Made by a program: the position numbers and the translations under genes. From a virus: a stretch of DNA of 64,000 bases. The stretch spans positions 74,517 through 138,516 of IMG/VR virus record IMGVR_UViG_3300043788_000114; one strand, written 5' to 3'. Numbering within the stretch: the stretch's first letter is position 1; every line of letters begins with the position of its first letter. This document shows, piece by piece, positions 5,940 through 15,200 of this stretch. The notes under the pieces are model-generated. The model was given only the letters and a program-made list of their open reading frames with translations, made no database searches and was not told the origin of the DNA.

Positions 5940-7645
5940 ACCGTCACCTCAAACAAAGGCTGGCTCTTCCCGTGCTTCTCCAAATAGCGACGCGCCAGAT
6001 TCTTGATGCGATCAGGATCGAGTTGCAACTTTTCTACCAATTCGGCGTTGGGATCACGGATACCTTTGATCTGCTGCTCCTTCACGCCGTTTACTTCGAC
6101 CATGAACGGATCGGAGCCTTCGTCGCTGACCATGAAGTAGACGTTGACCGGATTCTCCTGCCCGTCCCGCCAGACGCGGCCAATGTTCTGCTCGTGGACC
6201 CCCGGCGACCAGTCTAATTCACCAAACACAACCATGTTGCAACTGCCTTGCAGGCCGTCGAGCCCAGCCCCGGCGCGCAGCGACATGATCAGAACCTTCG
6301 CTTCGCCGGAGATGAACCTCTTTTTTGCTTCTTCTTTCTGGGGGATGGATTCCTGCCCAGTGTACATCGCAAACGGAATGTCTTTGAATTTGTCCCTCCA
6401 GATCGCGTACACCGCGTGGTGCCAGCCGTAGAGAACGACCTTTTCCCCAGACTCGACGAGCAACTTGACGAACTCAGCCACGTAAGGAGCTTTGGCAACG
6501 CCTGTCGCTTGGCGGAGCCGCCAGTCAAACTCCTCGGCTGCGCGCATCTTGTCGAGCCCCGTGCCGCCAGCCTTCAAGAGCATTTCCGCCAACTCCGCAC
6601 ACGTCTTGCTGACTTGTTCGAGCGCGTAAAGATCGGCGTCCACGTGCTGCACATCGGAATAGCATGGCGGCAGTTCCCGGCCAACTTCCTTGCGGGTTCT
6701 CCGCAACATCAGACCGGCCTCACGCATATAGGAACCGAATTCTGCCGGAGAGTGGATAGTGGCTTTGTCGCTCGATCCTCCGGAAGAGCACCATTCGGTA
6801 AAGAACTCATCAGCGGAGCCGAGAGCGCCGGGAGAGATCGTCTCCATCACGTTGTATATCTCACCGCCATAGTTGTAAATTGGCGTTGCGCTCATGCCCA
6901 TGCGGAACTGAACGCTGTCGGCAATATGCTTGGCCGCTTCATAGCGATTACTTCCCCCATGCCTGAGTTCCTGCACCTCATCCCAGATCACAGATCGCGA
7001 CGTCCTTGCGAGGGTGTCGGCCCATCCGGACAACTTGCTGTAGCTCAGGATCGCAACATCAGGATAAGGAATAGTGTGACCTCGTTTCCTCGTCAGATCG
7101 TATGGCTGACCTTTGTTGATCACCTGAACCGCAAGCCACGGAGCAAACTTCTCCAGCATGTTCTTCACTTGGATCGGAAGATGCGTAAGCGTCACATAGA
7201 TCGCCGGACGAGTTCTTGGATCGCTCAGCGCCATAAAGGCCACGATGGTCTTTCCCAGCCCCACGTCATCGGCCAAGAGCAGAGAGCCGGTGGTCAGAAA
7301 GAGTGACGCCGCGACCGTTTGGTACTCGCGTTTTTCGCAGTTAATCTCGAACGCCAGAGGAGCCTGTTGCGCGCTCAGGAATTTGTCAACCAGAGCCATC
7401 TTCTCGCGATACTGCTTTGCCATCGTACTGATTTTATCGAGGCTTTTGCTCTCCAGCGGGTAGCGCTCCAAAAACCATTCCACATCGCGGCAGTTTTCCG
7501 GTGTCATCGAAATGGTGAGCAGCCCGACTCGACTCTTGTTGACTTTTGGGAAGACACGCTTGAATCGCAAAGCGACATGCGGAAGCAGTTTGACACCGAT
7601 CATTCTGCCATCCGTCGACACTTCAATTCTCCCGTAAGTCTTCAA
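5936..7645 (-). CDS. SNF2-family SF2 helicase
   Basis: ADDVGLGKT, DEVQ, SATP, LRRT, GAGLDGLQ, QNIGRVWRDGQ. Confidence 0.92.
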   Translation of the reverse strand: MKTYGRIEVSTDGRMIGVKLLPHVALRFKRVFPKVNKSRVGLLTISMTPENCRDVEWFLERYPLESKSLDKISTMAKQYREKMALVDKFLSAQQAPLAFEINCEKREYQTVAASLFLTTGSLLLADDVGLGKTIVAFMALSDPRTRPAIYVTLTHLPIQVKNMLEKFAPWLAVQVINKGQPYDLTRKRGHTIPYPDVAILSYSKLSGWADTLARTSRSVIWDEVQELRHGGSNRYEAAKHIADSVQFRMGMSATPIYNYGGEIYNVMETISPGALGSADEFFTEWCSSGGSSDKATIHSPAEFGSYMREAGLMLRRTRKEVGRELPPCYSDVQHVDADLYALEQVSKTCAELAEMLLKAGGTGLDKMRAAEEFDWRLRQATGVAKAPYVAEFVKLLVESGEKVVLYGWHHAVYAIWRDKFKDIPFAMYTGQESIPQKEEAKKRFISGEAKVLIMSLRAGAGLDGLQGSCNMVVFGELDWSPGVHEQNIGRVWRDGQENPVNVYFMVSDEGSDPFMVEVNGVKEQQIKGIRDPNAELVEKLQLDPDRIKNLARRYLEKHGKSQPLFEVTV

Positions 7646-7998
7646 CCAAGCATCCCCCAGCCAAGGAATAGCACTTCCACTTTCTTACCGTTTATGATTC
7701 CGGGAACAATCGAATGGCGGCAGCGGTTAGTAATAATCAGCAAGTCTCCAACTTTTTCAGATTGCATGTAACGATGGACCTGCCTCATGACCGACGCGAG
7801 TGGATGACCAACTTTCACTTCGACCCCCGTGGTGCCTACCATGAAATCTATGCGGTCATGTTTCGTAAGCCTGACTTCGGCCAAAAACTCGATCTTCTCC
7901 TTTTCAAGCGCAACGCGAATGCCATCTTGTAATTCAGCCTCGCGTGTGTAATTGAAGCGATATGTGCCGAGAAGGTTGGAAAGATCGCTCGCTGTCAC
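7642..7998 (-). CDS. PD-(D/E)XK restriction-fold nuclease
   Basis: EAELQ...RIDF...VEVK...QVHRY. Confidence 0.65.
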   Translation of the reverse strand: MTASDLSNLLGTYRFNYTREAELQDGIRVALEKEKIEFLAEVRLTKHDRIDFMVGTTGVEVKVGHPLASVMRQVHRYMQSEKVGDLLIITNRCRHSIVPGIINGKKVEVLFLGWGMLG

Positions 7999-8423
7999 GC
8001 CGTCACCAACTGATTCACCTGATGCTTCGATCCCTTTCTTGGCCCTCTCTTACGCGCTGACATTATCCTGATATGCTCCATAAGTTGCGCCGTAGCGCAG
8101 CGCTTCCACACAAGCAGCGCGTCGGATGTACGAACTGGTTCACATGCCTCAGCGCGGTTGACTAAAACCATAATCGGAACATATGGAGTGATCCTTTTTA
8201 TCTTTACAACTAACTGTTGGGAAGTTACCTGACCTTCCAGATACGGTGACTCGTCTACGATCACTACCAGATCGATTACTCGCTCAGTGCGGACAATGTT
8301 CATACATTCCTGAGTGCTGCTCGCCGCGAGTGGTTTGTAGCCCTTGATGTCGAGCATATACTTCACCACTGAAAGCTCGCTCTCGTTGCTGTTGACGTAG
8401 ATAATAATTTTGCGCGGCCTCAC
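7995..8423 (-). CDS. Response-regulator receiver-domain protein (degenerate)
   Basis: Receiver-like alpha/beta pattern (IDLVVIVD, PIMVL) and a C-terminal SARKRGPRK. Confidence 0.7.
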   Translation of the reverse strand: MRPRKIIIYVNSNESELSVVKYMLDIKGYKPLAASSTQECMNIVRTERVIDLVVIVDESPYLEGQVTSQQLVVKIKRITPYVPIMVLVNRAEACEPVRTSDALLVWKRCATAQLMEHIRIMSARKRGPRKGSKHQVNQLVTA

Positions 8424-9367
8424 GCGGCACCTCCGGGGAATTGGTGATATACCTTTCCGTAAAGCGTATCTGCGGAACTCCTACGGCCTATGCGAACCAG
8501 CGTGTGTACGTCGGAGTCCTCGTTTTCCAACGCTGGATCACCTAGCGGCCATTCGGTGCCGTCAGAGCGAAGGAACTTATGTGAGACGGAAGGATGCCTG
8601 CCAAATTCTTCATGGCCAGAATCGACCCATTCACCGTTCTGTTTGAAGAAAAACGGAACCTTCGCGTTCTCACATTGCTCGCGGATGTCATCGGCCCAGT
8701 GACTCAACATCGGCCTTGCGTTGGCTCCAGACTCTCCACCAACAATCACCCATTCAAGTTTTTCGTGACCCTCACTACTACCGCCCATGTGACCATGAGA
8801 CCCTGTAAGGACATCCCAAACAGAAACGAAGTTTCTTTCTGGATGTAGAATGCAACGCAAGTTAATTTCACTCAACAATGGCTCAGCGCTGATCCCATGG
8901 ACGACTGCTGGAATGGATAGCAGGATAGGAATACGATGGTTTGCCGCTTCTTGATTCTCCGTCGAAGTGAGTAACCATACATTCGGATACCCAGCACCCC
9001 AGTCTGGCGGCAAACTATCTGCTATTCTCTCAGGCCGCTTCGTGCAAAGCTGGTAGATGAACTGTGGAGTGCGGCGCATGATTTCCCAAGCATCCGCGCG
9101 CCAAGGGTCGGCCTCTTCGATAAAAAAGTCAGACCACGAATCAACAAAGATACGCTTGATGTGTCCGTATTTCGCTGGATTAGCCGCCCATTTCAGCGGC
9201 GCGTTGAAGGTCGTGTCAGAAGATCGCACTACTACGCTTGGATTCTGCCCATAGCGTGATTTCTCTGCAAACATATAACAATTTTTGCAGCCTTGGCTGA
9301 CTTTGTGGCAACCCTGCCAGCAGTTCCACGTCGCGTCGGTCCAGCTTATACCTGTTTTTTCGCCCAT
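8420..9367 (-). CDS. DUF5131 (phage Gp37/Gp68) protein
   Basis: ISWTDATWN..GC.KVSQGCKNCY, TKRPER, SAEPLL, WVIVGGESG, PFFFKQ. Confidence 0.9.
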   Translation of the reverse strand: MGEKTGISWTDATWNCWQGCHKVSQGCKNCYMFAEKSRYGQNPSVVVRSSDTTFNAPLKWAANPAKYGHIKRIFVDSWSDFFIEEADPWRADAWEIMRRTPQFIYQLCTKRPERIADSLPPDWGAGYPNVWLLTSTENQEAANHRIPILLSIPAVVHGISAEPLLSEINLRCILHPERNFVSVWDVLTGSHGHMGGSSEGHEKLEWVIVGGESGANARPMLSHWADDIREQCENAKVPFFFKQNGEWVDSGHEEFGRHPSVSHKFLRSDGTEWPLGDPALENEDSDVHTLVRIGRRSSADTLYGKVYHQFPGGAA

Positions 9368-9377
9368 TCGCTCCCCC

Positions 9378-10880
9378 TTAGAAAGGCGCTTCTTCGTCCG
9401 GCTCTTTCGTCTGACTGTAATTCATCTTTGCCTGCTCAGGTCCTTCCTTCTTCTTTTTCTTTCCGTGCCCATATTGCGGTTGCTGGATCGGAGCATTGTC
9501 CACCTGCTGGAGCGACAAGTCATCCTCGCCGCCAACGATCCGATAGTAAATGGGAGGGCAAGCTACCGAACTTTTTGTATGGAATTGTACCTTCCTGATC
9601 AGGTTCTTCGGCTCAACTTCAGGATTCTCGACCGTCAGGCCCATGCCCCACTCTTTCCACCCGTTGATACCTCCGCCGCGCGCCCGGTCGAAGATGGTGC
9701 CTTTTTCGCTTTTCGAAAGGTGGTGAACGATGCACACCTGACACTTGCCTTCACGCTCGATTCTTTTCGCTGCTGCAAGGACTCTGGATGTTTCCTGATT
9801 GTCGTTCTCGTTGCCTTCCCAAAGACTTCGGAAGACGTCGAAGAACACAAACTCAATCTGCCGTTCTTTGATGTTCTCAATGATGTCAACCAGATCGGGA
9901 TTGCTTTGCAGTGTCCAGCTTTCACGCTGAGAGCGGGTGTTGACGTAGAGATATTCTTCAAGGTCGATCATGCCGATGAACTCTTTAACGCCGATGTCGG
10001 CACCGTTGAGCATTCTCTTCAATCTGCTTTGGGAGAGACCCGGAGCGTCTTCTCTGGCGACTAACCCGACTTTCACGCGCTTGGGAATGCGATGCTGAAA
10101 CCACGCTACCCCGGAGACCAAGTGCAAAGCCAGATCGAAAATGAGAACGGACTTTGAAGTGCCTGAGTCGCCAAGGATGAGGCCGTTGCCTTCTTTCTGA
10201 ATAATCCCGTCGACCGTCCATTCGATCTGCTCTGGCGCGGAGGCGATGAATGTGCGGGCTCCGATGAAGAACGGCTCTGGATTGCGAATGAGAGCGCGGC
10301 TCGACTCGCGCAGAGACTCAGTTTCTCGCTCAAGAGACTCAAGTGTGCTGATAGCATCTTCACTCTGGTCCGCCGCTCGGGCGATGGTGGCCGAGCAGAT
10401 GCCCATAAGACGGCGTGCAATGCTTTTATCCTTGCAAATCCGGATGTAGGCGTCGATGACTGGGCGGCGGGGAAGACCCTCGGTGAGTGAAGCCAGATAG
10501 GCAACACCGCCGATAGACTCCACTTCCTTGAATTTCGACAACCGCGCGCACAGCGTCACGATGTCGATGGTTTGACCATCTTCTTCAAGTTCGGCCATGC
10601 GCAGGTAAATGCGGCGATGAGAGTCGAGGCTGAAGTCATCCGGCGTGAGAGTCAGAGCGGTTTCTTTAATTGCGCGCTGATCGAGCAGGATGGCCCCGAG
10701 GATCGTCTTCTCCGCGTCGATGTTTGCGGGGAGACCAGCTTCGAGAGTTAAATCAGGAACCGGCTTGCGCGCCTCTCGCTGACGCTCAGGCGGAGCATTG
10801 TAGCTGGGCGCGGGCGCTTCTTCCTGCGGCGGCTCAGGAGTTTTATCGTCTGCGAAGAAATCTGTTGCGTCGACCGTCAT
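9378..10880 (-). CDS. Replicative helicase: DnaB N-terminal domain plus RepA/AAA_25-type ATPase
   Basis: P.NIDAEKTILGAIL...DDF...HRRIY, GGVAYLASL; Walker A GDSGTSKS; VHHLSK...RARG. Confidence 0.85.
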   Translation of the reverse strand: MTVDATDFFADDKTPEPPQEEAPAPSYNAPPERQREARKPVPDLTLEAGLPANIDAEKTILGAILLDQRAIKETALTLTPDDFSLDSHRRIYLRMAELEEDGQTIDIVTLCARLSKFKEVESIGGVAYLASLTEGLPRRPVIDAYIRICKDKSIARRLMGICSATIARAADQSEDAISTLESLERETESLRESSRALIRNPEPFFIGARTFIASAPEQIEWTVDGIIQKEGNGLILGDSGTSKSVLIFDLALHLVSGVAWFQHRIPKRVKVGLVAREDAPGLSQSRLKRMLNGADIGVKEFIGMIDLEEYLYVNTRSQRESWTLQSNPDLVDIIENIKERQIEFVFFDVFRSLWEGNENDNQETSRVLAAAKRIEREGKCQVCIVHHLSKSEKGTIFDRARGGGINGWKEWGMGLTVENPEVEPKNLIRKVQFHTKSSVACPPIYYRIVGGEDDLSLQQVDNAPIQQPQYGHGKKKKKEGPEQAKMNYSQTKEPDEEAPF

Positions 10881-11245
10881 GCCTTCAATCTCCGTACCTG
10901 CGTCTCCGCAACCACCGGATCGGTAAGAATCTTCTCGCGTCCAGCCGCAAAATTAGGCCACACTTCGCGCGCTTCATCCATCGCTGCGAGGATGTCACCA
11001 AGGGATGGGAGCGCCGTCTCCCCCTCCTCCCTTTGGCTTTCCGCTAGCACCGCCATCGCCACCTGAAACGCCCTTAGGTCTAGCTGGCTCAAAATCTCCG
11101 TGTATAGTTCGAGGCTCACCTTGTCGAACTTCGCCTGACGGCAGATCGCCATCTTGGTCAGGAGGACTTTGATATTCTGCTCCTCCGAGAGATTCGGCAA
11201 GAACTGCCAAGTTGCTTTCTGCCTTGCTTGTAGGTACACGGGCAT
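10877..11245 (-). CDS. Hypothetical protein between initiator and helicase (possible loader)
   Basis: GGAGG RBS before ATG 11245. Helical ORF with LPSLGDIL, overlapping the initiator 3' end. Confidence 0.55.
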   Translation of the reverse strand: MPVYLQARQKATWQFLPNLSEEQNIKVLLTKMAICRQAKFDKVSLELYTEILSQLDLRAFQVAMAVLAESQREEGETALPSLGDILAAMDEAREVWPNFAAGREKILTDPVVAETQVRRLKA

Positions 11246-12023
11246 TATTTCCTCCAAGTGTGAGCGGCTTACCGAAACGATCTATCGGGCCTCGTGCGTA
11301 ATCGGTCAGGTTCCTAATCCACTTTGCAGGCCGTTCGCCATGGTTGACGTCGGATCGGGCGCGGTGCCCAAGTAGGTTCTTCATCTCGACCCCAGTGATC
11401 CTCGGATTTGCCCGAAGAAACATCGCAAGGATTTTCCCCTCGGAGCCATCCCACGGAACTGTCATTCCGGGGTTCTGCGATTCCCAATAGAAACGGATTA
11501 CTTCTTTGCAGACTCGGTACCGCTCGTCCGTGCTCTCGGTACGAGAGAGTTTTTGCTTTTGAGGTTTTACTGTCTCTGTCTGTGTCTTTGTTAGAGGGGG
11601 TTCTAGGGGGGGGGCGACACTACTACGCTCTGCGTGCGCTGTCCGTGCGCTGTCCACATCTTCCATACACGCTGAGCGTGCGCTGTTCGTTCGCTCTGCG
11701 CCAATCTTATGCTTTTCATAGACTGCTTTCGCTTCCAGCCAGCGGGCGTACTGCGGTAGGTTTCGAAGCCTGTTTGAGCCGTCTATCTGCTCAAATTTAC
11801 GCAGTATGCGTGGCCCATGGATCGCCCAGAGTTCATCCCCCAAGCCGCTTTTGTCGGCGAGGTCTATTGGGTCCATAGGTATGGTGCAGTCATCTGTTTG
11901 CCATGAATCGAGGAGGAGCCAGACATAGCCAGCGCGGGCGGCGGGGTGCATAGCTTGAACAGCGGGACTCGCTTTGAGCGCGTCAACCTCCATCGGCATC
12001 CACCTTTGCCATTTAGCTGGCAC
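10995..12023 (-). CDS. Phage replication initiator (DUF1376/YdaU-like N-terminus)
   Basis: WMPMEVD...M....RAGYVWLL..SW N-terminus, low-complexity linker, located upstream of the helicase. Confidence 0.7.
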   Translation of the reverse strand: MPAKWQRWMPMEVDALKASPAVQAMHPAARAGYVWLLLDSWQTDDCTIPMDPIDLADKSGLGDELWAIHGPRILRKFEQIDGSNRLRNLPQYARWLEAKAVYEKHKIGAERTNSARSACMEDVDSARTAHAERSSVAPPLEPPLTKTQTETVKPQKQKLSRTESTDERYRVCKEVIRFYWESQNPGMTVPWDGSEGKILAMFLRANPRITGVEMKNLLGHRARSDVNHGERPAKWIRNLTDYARGPIDRFGKPLTLGGNNARVPTSKAESNLAVLAESLGGAEYQSPPDQDGDLPSGEVRQGEPRTIHGDFEPARPKGVSGGDGGASGKPKGGGGDGAPIPW

Positions 12024-12417
12024 TGTTGTAAATCCTGTTCGCGCTGAGGTAGTGATTGGGCTTCTTATCTGTGATCCGAGAGTTTTTGCCCGCGATCAGA
12101 GAGTTAAATCTAGGCCGGTACTTGGCAATAAACCAGCCTTCCATCGCGTCTCTGAAGTTCTTGGAAGCGCACGGTTGTATAGAAAACCTGAGATTACTTG
12201 CGGTTTCCGACGATACGATGAAATTGCCGACAAGATGTTGCGTTAAACAGATCGAGAGGTGGTTCTGGAGCCTCGCGCGAAGGTATTTTGTCTGGCCGAT
12301 GTAGACAGGACGATCTGAAAGAAACAGACAATAAATGCCGGGTCCGCGTGGGACCATGGACCATTTTCTGTCAGCTAAGCGCCACAGCGAGACAGCCATA
12401 ACCCCTCTTCGGGGCAC
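12013..12417 (-). CDS. GIY-YIG nuclease-domain protein
   Basis: PGIY...VYIGQT..LRARL..H...E...I..YRP.FN. Confidence 0.8.
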   Translation of the reverse strand: MPRRGVMAVSLWRLADRKWSMVPRGPGIYCLFLSDRPVYIGQTKYLRARLQNHLSICLTQHLVGNFIVSSETASNLRFSIQPCASKNFRDAMEGWFIAKYRPRFNSLIAGKNSRITDKKPNHYLSANRIYNSAS

Positions 12418-12571
12418 ACTTTACCCGTAAGCTAAACCAAATGATTTGCTTGGAGAAAAGGATGCCAGCGAATTTGCCACGCCTAAAGAGTCACGCGGGG
12501 CCGGTTTTGAAGACCGACCCCGGAACTTTTCGCTGGCGGGGCATCCCGGTCATGACTCCGGGACATCCGCA

Positions 12572-12600
12572 ACCCTAAACGTTCGTTTCCCACATGTCAA
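12572..12600 (-). promoter_or_regulatory. Leftward promoter of the replication operon
   Basis: TTGACA-17-TAGGGT on the minus strand. Confidence 0.6.
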
Positions 12601-12754
12601 CTGTGAATATTGCGGAAAAAGCAACCTCTGCGCTTTTATATGCAACAAACCATTACTACTTTGGTTCAATAATCAGATGACATGTGGTGGAACAAATCGA
12701 GTAAGTATCTGAATATAAAGGACAACAAAAATCATAATTCCATACAGATACCGC

Positions 12755-12783
12755 TTGACATCCTCTGCGCTCGGGTGTACGGT
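12755..12783 (+). promoter_or_regulatory. Rightward promoter of the recombination/accessory operon
   Basis: TTGACA-17-TACGGT, divergent from the promoter at 12600. Confidence 0.55.
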
Positions 12784-12847
12784 TTCATCAATAAACGGGC
12801 AATTACCGCAGCGAACCGGCAAAATCAGGCACACCGGGAGTGAGAAC

Positions 12848-13267
12848 GTGAAAGAGCGTACTTTGCAGGATGTGAAAGCGGGCGATCTGATCGGCCCGGT
12901 GCGAATTCCACTTCGTGGGCAGGAAGAGGAGTGGACCGGAGTTCTCCATCCAGTGACCAGAGTCGCTACCAAGCGATTCATGATGGGTGGGCGCTGGTAC
13001 GACAAAGCAACCGGGCGAGAAATTGGGGCGCGTTTGTCGAGCTACCGATACATCCTAGCAACGCCGGAGATGATCGCCAAACACCGCGCCAAGCAGACCG
13101 CCGCCCAAGAGGCAGAGGACACGTTGAAGGCTTTCCATGCTAGGCCCGACTACCGCGACGCCTCCGCGATCCACTTCCTGCTCGACCAGATGAGCCCCGG
13201 CGAGCATCCTCTCGACAAGTTGACGCCAGCGGAGTGGGCTGAGTTCCGCAGAAAGTTGGAAGCGTGA
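12848..13267 (+). CDS. Hypothetical protein
   Basis: ACCGGGAG RBS before GTG 12848. Confidence 0.6.
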   Translation: MKERTLQDVKAGDLIGPVRIPLRGQEEEWTGVLHPVTRVATKRFMMGGRWYDKATGREIGARLSSYRYILATPEMIAKHRAKQTAAQEAEDTLKAFHARPDYRDASAIHFLLDQMSPGEHPLDKLTPAEWAEFRRKLEA

Positions 13268-13548
13268 GCGAGCCTAACTTCACACCGGGGCCGTGGACGC
13301 TCACTAAGTTCGACCAAGGCTTTATGATCCACGATGCTGACGGCAACCTTGTGGAGACTGTATACACGGGCGAAGCCAACGCTCGCCTGATAGCCGCCGC
13401 GCCGGACCTGTACGCCGCTCTAAAAAGGTCACGCGCATTGCTGAGTTCACTTGCGGGCGCGAGGTTTAGCAACGAAATTGTGCCTGCGTTAATTAACGAA
13501 CAGGTTGCGTTGATCGACGCTGCACTCGCAAAGGCATCTAAGCCATGA
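13264..13548 (+). CDS. Phage 'TPGPW...ANARLIAAAPDL' family protein (copy 1)
   Basis: Recurrent phage motif. The core is identical to the gene at 32439-32714. Confidence 0.75.
   Translation: MSEPNFTPGPWTLTKFDQGFMIHDADGNLVETVYTGEANARLIAAAPDLYAALKRSRALLSSLAGARFSNEIVPALINEQVALIDAALAKASKP
13283..13415 (+). repeat. 133-bp perfect inverted repeat, left copy
   Basis: Exact reverse complement of 32548-32680. Confidence 0.92.
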
Positions 13549-13787
13549 AATCACCAACGTTTCACGCGGAACCTTTTATGGCCGACCACTACGAAGTGGA
13601 AGGAATTGACGCGTACAATCCTGCGGCGACTCAGCCTGTCCATTTGGGCACCGCGATTTTGTACGGAATCGTGGTCGTAGCGGTCGTGGGCGTGATAGCC
13701 GTTGCCGCGACTATCGCCGCCCTTGTTTGTGGAGTTACGCTCCTTTTCGGATGGATATTTGAGGCGCTGGGAGCAACTGCTGGGTAA
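13545..13787 (+). CDS. Small membrane protein
   Basis: Long hydrophobic C-terminal stretch; coupled start. Confidence 0.55.
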   Translation: MKSPTFHAEPFMADHYEVEGIDAYNPAATQPVHLGTAILYGIVVVAVVGVIAVAATIAALVCGVTLLFGWIFEALGATAG

Positions 13788-13794
13788 GTGCCAC

Positions 13795-14025
13795 ATGAGC
13801 GAGATCGATCTTATTCCAATCCCGGAGGGTGCGGAGTGCCAAGAGGCGAGCACTTTATCTACCAAGCGTTACATCCCTTGCTGCCGTCCAGCCGTGGCGA
13901 TTATCTACCACGAGCGTGACAAGCGCGGGTACCTGATGTGCGTCGGATGCGCCCAGCACAATGTCATGAACCGTGGTGGCAAGTGGGTAACCGGGACTAA
14001 GGAAACAGAGTATCTGCGTAAGTGA
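13795..14025 (+). CDS. Small Cys-rich protein
   Basis: CQE..., PCC, CVGCAQH. Confidence 0.55.
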   Translation: MSEIDLIPIPEGAECQEASTLSTKRYIPCCRPAVAIIYHERDKRGYLMCVGCAQHNVMNRGGKWVTGTKETEYLRK

Positions 14026-14709
14026 AAGGAACCGGGGGATCGATGGAGCAGATAAAAGAGAAATTAGCGAAGTTTGAGGACGTTGAGGTAACTGATTGCC
14101 ATCCTGAGAGCTTAGACAGGATAGTGCAACAACTTGGACCAGCAGCAGTTATCGAAGGATCGGCGCACGGAAACACCTGCACTGTGCGGTGCTTTGCCAA
14201 CTCGGCAGGATTCATCAAGTTCGCAATTAACCATCAAGGTTACGGAAAGGTGGCAGCGGCGTGACAGAATACTCAGAACGTTTCAGCCAACCAGAACCTC
14301 CGTCTCAATCAGAAAAGATTGATAAGTTGCGTTCGGCGCTAAGGCTGATCTTGGATCAAACCGACTACGAGGTTGGGAACTGCCGCGTGAATGAAATGGT
14401 CGGCGCGGTCCTTCCAAAAGAAGTGTTACGCATCGCGAAGGAAGCCATAAATCTATGAACTACGGCCTCTATGTCGCGCGCTCGCAGGACCCGATCTTTA
14501 CCGGGACGGCGGGAGAGTGCCGCGCGCAGGTGGACAAGCTGACAGACGAGCAGAAAACCAGCGGGTGGACAATCGGGCCGATTCAGGATGTTCCTCCGCC
14601 GCTGCCCAGCGATCCGAATTTTGCGTTACGTCTCACCTTGACATCCGCTGTCATTATTGGCGTCCCGGCCTTGTTGGCGCTTGGTCTGTATCTTAGGGGG
14701 TGCAGGTAA

Positions 14710-15024
14710 ATGGCCGGGGATATTGTCTATAGCTGCGATCTTCCGGGTTGCGACCGCACCTACAGCGCGACGAATAACTGGTTCGCGGTGCAAGCTGATG
14801 GCTTAGGACGAGTCTGCATTTACCGGTGGGAGTATGCGAAGGAAACCAGAATTCTTGAATCGTCGAAGCATTTCTGCGGTGTAGGTCATACGATCCAGCA
14901 TGTCAGCAATCTTTTGACGCCAAACACGACCGACCCCAACCGCGAGTCAACACTGGAACTCAAACCGCCGCTAACGCGAGACGGCGGAGAATTAGGCAGC
15001 AATGGAGAGACTCCAGATTCTTGA
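14710..15024 (+). CDS. Zn-finger-like hypothetical protein
   Basis: SCDLPGC...WF...HFCG..H. Confidence 0.55.
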   Translation: MAGDIVYSCDLPGCDRTYSATNNWFAVQADGLGRVCIYRWEYAKETRILESSKHFCGVGHTIQHVSNLLTPNTTDPNRESTLELKPPLTRDGGELGSNGETPDS

Positions 15025-15200
15025 AACAACCGACAATGTAAAGATCGTGCGCCTCTATCTCGAAAAGTATGAACTGCTGACGGAGGAGGACAAGCGGCTT
15101 ATCCGCTTGGCACTGCACTCACTGATGAACCCGCCGATGATTTTCCGGACACAACCCGACGAAAGCACAACCGACCCGGCGCACCGGGCAGAGGACGGCA

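Noticed and set aside
6248-7306. Long antisense ORFs (also 9285-10064, 15255-16109, 24056-25042, 40534-41355)
   Set aside because: They lie opposite well-supported genes and are typical GC-rich codon-bias shadows without motifs.
12464-12537. tRNA-Sec-like element (loop CTTCAAA on the minus strand)
   Set aside because: No T-arm, D-arm or CCA. Kept only as a structured leader.
13283-13415. Diversity-generating retroelement template/variable repeat pair
   Set aside because: The copies are identical (no adenine-specific mismatches) and no reverse transcriptase is present in the window.
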